Assembly (NCBI GenBank): GCA_001643675.2
Contig: LSRY02000003.1
Location: 1,922,001 to 1,986,000, forward strand
Direction: 5' to 3'
DNA: 64,000 nt
Source of the DNA: Monocercomonoides exilis PA203
Taxonomy: Eukaryota; Protista; Preaxostyla
The notes beneath the pieces were generated by a model that saw only the letters and a list, made by a program, of their open reading frames with translations, was not told the DNA's origin and made no database searches. Positions 1-11,200 of the stretch are shown in pieces. The translations under genes were made by a program, and so were the position numbers. The stretch's first letter is position 1; the number at the start of each line of letters is the position of its first letter.

Positions 1-1062
1 AGCGATGGAAGAATCATTTGCATGAAGTCGACATATGTCCAACCTCCGGAGCTTTTCATTCTATCTTTCAAACAAAATGCAGATTCCAAGGAAAATAGCT
101 TCTTTTCCTCACAATTTAATCATTTCGCCTCAAAAGACCAAATCATTGAGACAGCAGAGCAGCTTACGTTCTTTTCTCAGCCAACACTGGCTGAAGTTTA
201 TCCTCTTATTCAGCCCTTGGACATCTATTACACAGGCGCCAATGGTGATAAAATACACGGATTCTACTTCTCTCCTCTAAAGACATCGGCGACGAATGCT
301 GAGGATGGCCTGACTCGTTCGGGGAAAGCATCTACGCGCTACCCGTTGATGATGTACATACACGGAGGACCCGAAAACTCGTGGCTTGATGAGTGGAGCG
401 AGCGATGGAACCCGCAGATCATTGCGCATCAAGGCATTGCTGTGTTTGCTCCTAATGTTCATGGCGGAGACACATATGGGCAGTGGTTTACAGACTCAGT
501 GATTGGAAACTGGGGCACGCTTCCGTACGACGATGTGTTGATGGGGATGGCACATGTTTTGTGTGATGGTGCTACTCCTGATGAATTGGATGGCTCGCGC
601 GTTGGGGCGATGGGTGCTTCGTTTGGAGGATACATGATTAATTGGATCCAGAGTCAAACATCAGTGTTCAATGTGCTGTTTTCTCATGATGGCATTTTTG
701 ATCTGGAGTCAACGTATGAAGATGCTGATGAATTGTATTCGCTGGAGACGCCATTTCTTGGAATGCCATGGGACGATCTGAAGAACGCCAACAAGCCAAA
801 GACCATCTACAAGACGCAATCTCCATCTACGTATGCAACTCCAGACTCACCTCATTTTAATACCCCTCAGCTGACTTCTCATGGAGGCAGAGACTACAGA
901 TGCACCTCTTCACAAGGAATTGCTATTTATCACACCCTTCAAACTAAAGGAACGCCTGCTCGGTTTGTTTACTTCCCTTCAGAAAATCATTGGGTTTTAA
1001 ATCCACTGAATTCAATAAGATGGCATCATGAGGTTGTTAGCTGGATTAAAATGTATCTATAA
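1..1062 (+). CDS. S9 family (prolyl oligopeptidase / dipeptidyl-peptidase 5-like) serine peptidase, 5'-partial
   Basis: Contains IHGGP, nucleophile motif GASFGGYM, catalytic Asp region (GGRDYRC) and His (PSENHW). The frame is open back to base 1, so the true start lies upstream. Confidence 0.92.
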   Translation, partial: SDGRIICMKSTYVQPPELFILSFKQNADSKENSFFSSQFNHFASKDQIIETAEQLTFFSQPTLAEVYPLIQPLDIYYTGANGDKIHGFYFSPLKTSATNAEDGLTRSGKASTRYPLMMYIHGGPENSWLDEWSERWNPQIIAHQGIAVFAPNVHGGDTYGQWFTDSVIGNWGTLPYDDVLMGMAHVLCDGATPDELDGSRVGAMGASFGGYMINWIQSQTSVFNVLFSHDGIFDLESTYEDADELYSLETPFLGMPWDDLKNANKPKTIYKTQSPSTYATPDSPHFNTPQLTSHGGRDYRCTSSQGIAIYHTLQTKGTPARFVYFPSENHWVLNPLNSIRWHHEVVSWIKMYL

Positions 1063-1297
1063 AGAAGTCCTGAAACATAGAAAAGTATTTTGTCAGAGAT
1101 TTGTTTTGCGTGGAAATTGTGATTTCAAATGTTTTGGTTGATATGATATTTCCTTTTTAAAAAAAAGAGTGTTTTCAATTTTTCTTAATTTCCCCGCACT
1201 GTTTAGCAAATTTTTTAACTTTTTCCAAATCTTAATCCTTTCAAATCAATTCACGACTGGCTTTATAAGCTGGGGAAAAAGCATGAGTGTTAAACTT

Positions 1298-1825
1298 GGT
1301 AAGATGTAACATATTGGGTCCCGATTTTAACTGTGAAATAAAACCAATATTTCACCAAATTTGACACACTTAAATATTATCATTTTTCTTGTGATGTTTT
1401 TTGTTTTGGAAAATTGAGATTTTTGTTGAAAAATCCTATCAGTTAATTATTTGTAAATCAAAATCACTCAATTGGTGGAACAGATCTTTTCAAAAATTTT
1501 TATGGATAATAAAAAGAAAACTTCAAAGATGAAGAAATATTTACAGATTCTGTTAATAACAACAATTTTTTTGAGGATTTTTTAATTAAAGAAAAATTTT
1601 GTGGAAAATCCGTTGGTTTTTGAATAAAAATTTTTATGTTTCCATAAATATTTGTAAATTCTGGTTTAATTTTTGGTAATGAAACTGAAATTCACAACTA
1701 TATTGTTAATTATTAAAACTTAATTCCACATTTATTAATCGAATTTTCAACAATGAAGTGAATTTAAGAAATAATTCTAGATAATTTCTATGAAAATTTT
1801 CGGACCCAATAAGTTACACTTTTCC
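1298..1825. mobile_element. Non-autonomous Merlin-type MITE (528 bp)
   Basis: Imperfect ~30-bp TIRs starting GG (GGTAAGATGTAACATATTGGGTCC / GGAAAAGTGTAACTTATTGGGTCC). 8-bp TSD TTAAACTT (1290-1297) vs TAAAACTT (1826-1833). No ORF. Confidence 0.75.
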
Positions 1826-2369
1826 TAAAACTTTTGATGAATATTATTTTCATAATTCATTTTCAATTTTGCTTGTTTTAGTGGTTTCGTTTTCGCTGGG
1901 ATGTATTGATGAAAATTATATTAAACAAATACTGAATGAACTTTAAAATCACAAAGCGTTTACAGAGAGAACAACATATTATTATTTGTTGTCATATATT
2001 TTCATATTAGATGAAATGTGAAGAAAAAGTTTTTGTTCGAATGATCTGACTTTATTCGAATAAACCCCCTTATAATTGAATGAGAGGCAGTTTATTCAAA
2101 TAAACGGCTGCTTTCTCGAATCAACCATGAAAGATTCGAATTAAAAACAAAAGGATGTTATAATGGAAATATTGCACATGTTTTTGATGTTTTTCATTCT
2201 TTATTCGCAATTTATAAATAATTAAAAACAATTGATCAAACATTTTTTTCGTGAAAATTATAGAAAAACTTTTTTATGAAGATATTAAATGAAAATTTTC
2301 ATGATTCATATATTTATTATCATAACTTATCACATATTTTTGTGGGTTTTTATTGAATAATCATTTTTA

Positions 2370-3400
2370 TCAACTTTGATCACAATATAAGTTGGAAATT
2401 AAAATCCAAATCATTGATTTTTCCTTTTTTTCGTGATAACAAGCTTCAAATGAAAAATGATGTGATATCGCGAGCAGAATGAAGAGGCTTGCCAGATGCT
2501 TCATTACCGAAAATGTCATGTCTTTTATGGAACGAACAATGAACAGTTTTGAATCGAAATCACTAAATTTCCTCATTCTCATTGTTCCTGCAGTTGTTCC
2601 ACAAAAAGACACTCACAGTTGCTGGGCGTCCACCAACAGAGGCTGGCGCATGAGCAGCTTCACGGAATCTTTCCAATTTGTATTTTGCATGAAAGGAGGG
2701 GAAACAACAAGAAACGAGATGTTTTCATGAACACTCAAGATTGTGTGCGATTGTTCGAAATACTTGTTGTACATCGCCAAGCATAAATTCTGCCACATGA
2801 ATTTCATGCACTTGTTTTTTGGACAACAACCGATGCTGAATTTGAATTTATTTTTTTTTTTACAAAACATTGCAGAACTGAATCCCTCACAAATCACGTG
2901 GAGTGAGAATACTCGGAGCATTGTTACACGGCCTCGCATATATCCGATATTTTCTCTTCGATGTCTTTGCCGACTTGTGCCAATGACGATTTTTTGGTTG
3001 CTTGCCACAATTTCTCCATTGACTTGAACAGAGCGATTTGTTTGTCTCCAAAAATAAGCGAAATGCAATAATTCGTATCATGGATTGAGCTGATGAAGCT
3101 TTTCGCAAGCATTTTTGCATATTGAGTCTTGATGATATTTTATTGATCCTTTTGAGTTATTCTCCGTTCCCTCCAAAGAAGCCTTGTTGGAGCCTCAGAA
3201 CATGATTTTCGACCAAGCATGTTATTGCACTTCTACAAAGAAATTCTGCATATTTCTCCAATATATTTATTGTTCTTCCACATATTTCAGCCTCAAGGGA
3301 GAAGCTATGCCATATAAACGATTTGAAAAAACAACGAGAATGTCATTTGCCATTCAATCAATGACAAATATCCTTCCCCTACCATCATTGGTTCCATTTG
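2370..3400 (-). pseudogene. Degenerate tyrosine recombinase relic (DIRS/Ngaro-like)
   Basis: Frameshifted fragments resemble, by eye, DIRS-type YR segments: ISLIFG..KKSS..KDIEEKISDI (cf. KY..IWDI) and FDSKLFIVRSIKDMTFS (cf. GID...FT.HSIR/K). Many stops. No database confirmation. Confidence 0.4.
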
Positions 3401-4780
3401 ATTGCTTCATTTTGGAATATGAGGCCATTTTCAACATCAACTTTATCTTTCTTCTCTGATTCACTCAAAAAATTGATGATAATGATGAAAATGAAATAAT
3501 TTCTTCATTGTTTGTTTCAATCTCATTTCAATGACAGATCAGAAGAAGGCGATTGAGGCAGAGAGATGAATGAAGAGTGTTATTCGCCAATTGTTTTCTT
3601 TGTTGAGGAAGAAGCAGCCAAGCAATTTGGTTGAAGAAATGAAGATGGGATCAAATGAATATTTGATATTTGCAAAGGAAAGGGGAAAATGGCTGAAGAG
3701 ATATTCAAATTAATGTTGTTAAAAGGTTTGATTTATTTATTTATTTTATAATTTATCTTTTTTTTTTGATCAATTGATTTTCATCAGAAAAGAAGAAGGA
3801 AAGCACAATTTACACGATATTTCTTTTCAACATGGCCATCTTTTATTACAAAGGCAAGAACTGAATTCTTTAAGGAAATGACAGGATTTGGTGACTGAGG
3901 TGCCATGGAGAATGAACAGATTGAGAGGCATTGAAGAAAGGAAACGGATTTTTCGAAGGGCAGCAAGGTAATGAATGAATGAATGAAGAACAATGAGAGA
4001 AATTCGATTGCAAAAATGAAGAACCAGAAAGGCAGATGGAAATGAGGGATTTTATCGTTCAGTGCAATTTATTCGATGCAACTTCATCCACACTCCCTTT
4101 CACACAGCGCTGGTTGAATGTGCGCTATGGGAGAGAACTGGATGAATGGAGGATGAGGTGAAGAGAGAAGAGAGAAGAGAGAAGAGGAAAGAGGGAAAAG
4201 GGAAAGGGGAAAAGGGAAAAGGGGAAGAGGGAAGAGGAAAGAGGGAATGAACGAGATACATTTTGCTGAAGGAACAGAGGAACGACTGCTGAATGGAAAG
4301 AGGGCATTACTGATTCGATGGGAAAGGAAACCATTTTGAAGCGATTTTTGCTTCTGACACGGGATTATTGATGATGAGCGAAATGTGTTTGATGATGCTG
4401 ATCTTGGGAAATGCAGCAGTGATATTCAATTCAGCACTTCAATTATTATTGTTTCCATTTCTGTTTTGCATTATTCATTTTTGTCGAATCTATTTTTGTT
4501 CTTTATGTTCGCACATGCACTTTTGAATACAAATTTAAACCAGTCGTTCGTCATATGTTTTGATCTATCAATGAGAAATATTTTATTCAGAATAACTTTA
4601 TTGATAATCTTAAACTCTTTTTCACAATCCAATAAATTTTATTTTTCCGTTCAAACTCCTTTTTTCAAAGAATTTTTCAAAATTTAACATGAAATGAATA
4701 CAAGTTGTTATTATAAGGTTCAACCCACATTTACCTCTGTGACCTGATAAATCACTTGAAGCCTATTCTGTCACAAAAAG

Positions 4781-5462
<682 letters not shown>

Positions 5463-5548
5463 TTTCAAATATAGAATTAATATTAAATAAACAATTGATA
5501 AAACTTAAAAAAAACTTTAGATATCTTTGGATAAAACTTGTTGATAAA

Positions 5549-6934
5549 GGCAAATGTCACCTTATGTGGACCTAATTATTTTTGTTTGAAATGCGTAATA
5601 AATTAATAAAAAGTGTTTATATGTGACATTTAAGGTGAATTGAAGTGCGGAAATGTGTTTATAAATAAAAAAATAATGGAAATTTTTTTGAATTTATGGG
5701 ATGTGATCATAATTTCTTCTGTTTGATCGAAACTTCAAATGAATCGAAAAGAAGTTCATAAGCTATTTAAGACATTTCTGAACGAAAATAAAGCTTGGCA
5801 ATGGATGTTTGGAACTATACTGAAAGGAAAAGTCCCTAAATGCAGGAGACACAGAACTCCAATGAATTTAATCAGAGAGAATACAGGGAAGAAGTATTGG
5901 AGATGCCAAAAATGTAGGGTGAAACGTTCATTATTTCATGGAAGTCAGTTTCACAAAATGCACATCAAAGTTGGAAAAGTGCTGACGATCATTCTCTTTT
6001 TCTGGATTGGAATGGCCATCAAACATGGAAGTCTTTTACTCAATATTCACATGCACTCAGTTGGTTTCTGGTACAGTGCATGCAGATATGCTTGCACACA
6101 ATACCTTATTTACAAACCTATTCAACTTGAAGGTGAAGGCAAGACAGTCGAAATAGATGAATGCTTATTACGTCGAAGAAAATATCGAAGATGAAGGAAC
6201 AAGAAGCAACAATGGATTTTTGGAGAAATTGAAAGAAGAGAGGGTCAGCAAATTGGAAAAATAATGTTATGGATCCTCAAAGATCGTTCAAAATACTCTA
6301 TATTTCCGATTAAAAAACAGCACATATTGCCTGCAACTACTGTTGTTAGCGATTCTTGGAGGGCATATGCAACAGTGGCAAAAGAAAAATATGTTCATAT
6401 TTATTGTTAACACAACCCACATTATGTTGATCCTGCAACAGGAGCATACACAAACACTGTCAGAGGGATATGTCATCATTTCAGAGAGTTTCTACAAGTA
6501 TCTGGAATGAGAGACGCATTTATTCAAGACTATATATCTTCATTTATTGTCAAAAACTGCTTCAACTTGACCTTTTCTGAATTTGTTGAGTTAGTATACA
6601 AAAAACATGAAGAAATTGATGAAGACGATGATAATGAGGAAAATAACGAGGAACCAAATTTGCCAGATATTGATGACATTATTGAGAACAACTCTGAAAA
6701 CTACTCCCTTTCGAGTTCTGATGAAATTGGAGCTGGTGATGGTGCATCAGCTTCAAAATATACAGAATAATTAATTTTATAATATTTTTTTAAAAAAATT
6801 TTTATTTTAATTTTTTTGATTTTAACAACTTTCCGCACACATTTAACACGTTTTAATAATATATAAATTGCTTATTTTTAATAATCATTAATAATATGCA
6901 AAAAATAGTAGGTCCCCTAAAGGTGACATCAACC
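5549..6934 (+). mobile_element. Merlin (IS1016/IS1595-like) DNA transposon, copy 1
   Basis: TIRs GGCAAATGTCACCTTATGTGGACCTA / GGTTGATGTCACCTTTAGGGGACCTA. Perfect 8-bp TSD TTGATAAA (5541-5548 and 6935-6942). Internal transposase remnant. Confidence 0.92.
5739..6770 (+). pseudogene. Merlin/ISXO2-like DDE transposase, disrupted
   Basis: CRRH..CQKC zinc ribbon, VEIDE..RRKY, WIFG.IER, SDSWRAY, VDPATGAYTNTV. In-frame TGA at 6192 and later frameshifts. Confidence 0.9.
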
Positions 6935-8275
6935 TTGATAAAATTTAAAATAACTGTCTTTTTCTCTTTTGTCAGTGACGGTCAATGACAAATTGTGACA
7001 AAAATATTTCTCAACTGACATATCGTGTCAAAATATAATTTTGGGAACTTGATCACCTAAATTAAAAATTTAATTTTTTTCAAAATTATAAGAATTGTAA
7101 TATGTGAATTTTAAAATTAATTATTATTGTTATTAAAAATTGTGAAATCGTTATTAATAACTTTTTTTGACAAATTATAAATATCTAGTCAGTCATTTTG
7201 TCATTTTTTCAGTTTTCTCTTGTCATGTCACAGAGGTATAAACCTACATTTAAAAACATCTGTGAAACATCATTATACTTGAAATTTTTTTTCTTTTTGA
7301 TCGAAATTCCCACAATAATATATAACTCAAATGAAGGACTCAGTTCTCAAATAAACCTTGTTAATTCGAATAAACTGCTTGTATTTGAAGAAAAGTCTAT
7401 TTTTTCAAATAAGCTTTCTTTATTTAAATTTATATGTTTCATTTAATTTTCATCCAACAAAAAGATATTTATTGTTAAAGGAAATACTTGTAACAAAACA
7501 ATATACAACTTCAGAAATTACAGTTCCATATCCAAATTTTAAAATATAAAGATGAAAGTTGAAATTTCAAAAACTATCGTTCATTAACATTTTTTTCGAT
7601 AATTCAAAAATACGTGGGTGATAATTATTGAAATTATATTTTTTCCTTTCAAAAATTCGGTTATAATTTTTTTGAAGAATTCTAAAAAAAAAAAAAATAA
7701 ATAAATAAATAAAAAATAAAATAAAAATAAAAATAAAAAATAAAAACTGAGAAGTGAATTTATAAATTGAAAATATCTTCATCTTTATTTCAGCTTAAAC
7801 ATTAGTTTTCGAAATGGTTTTGATAAAAATTTTCATAAAAATCCAAAATCTCTGTTGAAAGGCAAACAACCTTTGAAAAAAAAACACCCCGAAAAAAGTT
7901 ATGATATTAAAATTAATCACCCACGTTCGAATTACTCATTATAATATGAATAGTCAATAAATATTGTGCTCGAAGAAACCGTGATTGACGTTCTGACTTC
8001 TGACGAGTATTTCTTGATAATTGTTTGAAGTGACAATGTGATCCACTTAATAAAAGAGAGCTAGAATATTTCAATTTTAATTTCATTATAATGCTATTCA
8101 CCACAAATATTATTCAAATTCAAAAAAGAATAATTCATTTTTGTAATTCATTTTTTTCTGAAATTTTTAATTTATCTCAAGAATAAATTTCAGTAAGTGT
8201 CTAATTATTTATCAAATAAATCAAATATTATCACTCAAATAACTGTTTTTTTTTAATTGTAACTATTTATTTAAT

Positions 8276-11200
8276 AATTTTTTGAATTTTTTTTTCATTT
8301 TCCAATTCGAATTATATATTTTCGATTTTGAATTATTAATTCCGAAATTGAATTAATTTCTTTCGAAATTGAATAATATTATGTGTATTTGATTTCATAA
8401 TATCACTCAAATGAAAAAAGATAATAGATTGTCGTTTTTAAGAAATAATGTGTGTGTGTTCCAGCACTTGAACAATAACAAGAACACTTGACATTTTATT
8501 TTTGAAATGCTCATCCACATTCAATGAAGAAAAAGCTTTTTTAATCTGAAAGCTTTAAGCAATATTTATTCTTCCATGTTTTTGTATTTCGATTGAAAAA
8601 CCTTAAACAAAAAATATTGATAAAAAGATTTAAAAGGATAATGTTTTCGTTTTTGATGTTTCAATCAAAATACTAAATGTTGAACAAAAAGAAGTTTCTG
8701 TTCCTTTCAAGATGGTTATAATAACAAATAATTGAGTGAAATGGATTTTGATTATTTCAGAGTTTCAATGAATTCATCTATAACGTTCGCTTTTTTTGCA
8801 ATTGTGATAAAATGTTATTATGATAATGATTTTTTGGAAAAAAAAAATATTTCTGAAATATCAAAAAACAAAAAACAGAAAAAAAAGGATTTTTTTATAA
8901 ATTACCCTTTTAAGAAAAAATAGTTGAACAAAAGTTATCAAATTTGTAATTTGCACAAAATGAAGAGACATTCTTTAATCAAATACAAAATCTATTCAAA
9001 AAGCAATTATTCATTTTCCTTGAATGGTGATTGTTATACACTGATAGTATAATATCTTTTTTTGATAAACTCAAAAATCACTGTACAATTTTTTTTTCCT
9101 CCAAACGAACACAATGATGGCTATGTGGCAAATGTTAAACACAAAAGTCTAAGATGAGATTTCAGATATTTTTAACTGAAACATTATCTTTCTTACTTTT
9201 TCAGATCCAATTAACGCTGTTGAAATAACTGGTTCTTCGACTTCACAAATGTTCATTATGTGAAAATGAAAAATATCGATTTTCAAGCTGTTTTTGAACA
9301 ATGAATTAACACCTCACTTCTCAAAAAAATTATTTAATTAAAATGAAAAATCATGATTTTATCATCCATCCAATTCTGCTTATTGAAATTATTGTGAATT
9401 AAATTGTTGCTTGACAACGTTCAAAATACTTCAAAAGAAATAAAACCATAAAGAATTATGGTTATTTGCGAGGAGATATGAAATTGCACTGCAGTTTGAA
9501 AATGATTAGGATCACAGCATTAGCTCAAATACTCGCTGCATTCCTCACCATAAATCTCGTTCATGGAGAAGACATCGCAAACAGCATCATCAGAGGCGCT
9601 CACCCAGACAAGGTGGAATATGCGTCGGGAAATCACATCTGTGGTGCTCAGACAAGCCTCGCCCTCATCAACACCTCCTTGTGTGTGACCCATCTCAACC
9701 TCATCCCCCTCGCTGGTTGTCCACTCCTCACTGCCCAACACCACTCCGCTGCCTCCATCTCCTCCTCCACTTGCACCATCCACCCACCTTCCCTCACCAA
9801 CAACCACCACCACCACCACTGCCCCCTCTTCCTCTCTGCCCATGCCTCCATCGCCCTCACAAACTTCTCCCTCATCACCCACCAACCTGCCATCTTCTCC
9901 TTCCCTCTCTTCTCCACCCCAAACAATCTCCTCCCAGATCCCCACTCCCCAATCCCTGCCTCCTTCTCCATCTCCCACTCCTCATTCTCCTCATTCGTCT
10001 CCCTCGTCCAGCCCTTCCTTTTTTCTCCTTCTTCCCTCTCTTCCCCATCCCCTTCTCCATCTCCTTCCCTTTCCCCTTCTCCTTCATCTTTCTCATCCTC
10101 ATCATCTTCTTTTTCTTCCCCTTCCCCTTCCCTTTCCCCTTCCATTTCCTCTTTCTCTTCCCCTTCCCCTCTCCATAACCATCACCAATCCCATCCCCAC
10201 CTCCAAATCCATCTCAATCTCCATCTCTCAAACACCCTCTTCTCCAACATCTCATCTCCCCAATCCCCTCTATCACTTCCATCCCTTCATTCACACTCAT
10301 TCAATCCTTTCATCTCAACCACCTCTTCCTCTTCTTCCACTTCCACCTCCACCAACACCAACTCCAATTCAATCCCCTCCTTCTCCCTTCACTCATCTCT
10401 CTCCATCCACTCAACCATCTTCAAACACACCCACAACCCCATCGATGGAGTCATTCTCCCCAACCTCAACAGCCCATCCACTTCTCTCTCTGCCTTCAAT
10501 GCCTCTTTCCTTCACCAAACACGTTCTTCATCAAATGCTGCTGTTGTACATGTTGGAACTGAATCTCAAAGAGTGAAACTTGGAAGATTGATTTCATTCG
10601 ATCAAAACAGTCATCGCTTCGAGTGGTGCGAATGGAATAATTCAAACAGTGGAAATGAATATGGCGGTGCACTTTATGTTAATTGTGTGGATGCAAATCT
10701 CACAATCACTTCTTGTTCTTTCAACAAATGCTCGACAACGAAGGAAGGATCAGCGTTGTTTTGTAATGCTTTGTTAAAAATTGATATTTCAAAATCTAAT
10801 TTCACAAGTTGTTCGGCTTTGCATGGAGGTGCTGTGGAAATATGGAACCCTCAATCATCTTCTGCTTATTCATTCTCGGAAAACAGAGTGGAAAGTTGTT
10901 CAATAACAAATTGGTGTGGAACTGGTTGGTATTTTCAAGTGTATAACATGACCTCAACTTGTCAATTCCAATTTACCAAATGTAAGTGTATTTCAAATTC
11001 TGGTGGTAATTCTGCTGGTTCTCTAACATTCAATGATCCTCCAACCAATAAGCCAAACCAATTTTTAGTTAATGAGTGCCAATTTATAAACAACAAATTG
11101 ACAAGTTCAACTTCAACTCTTGGTGGTGCAGGTATTTATTTGGATGTCACTTATTCCTGGATGAATAGTATGAAATTCATAACTTTCTGCTTCTTCGATG

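Noticed and set aside
3540-4400. Possible relic of a surface-protein leader on the minus strand
   Set aside because: Only compositional resemblance; no alignable motif found.
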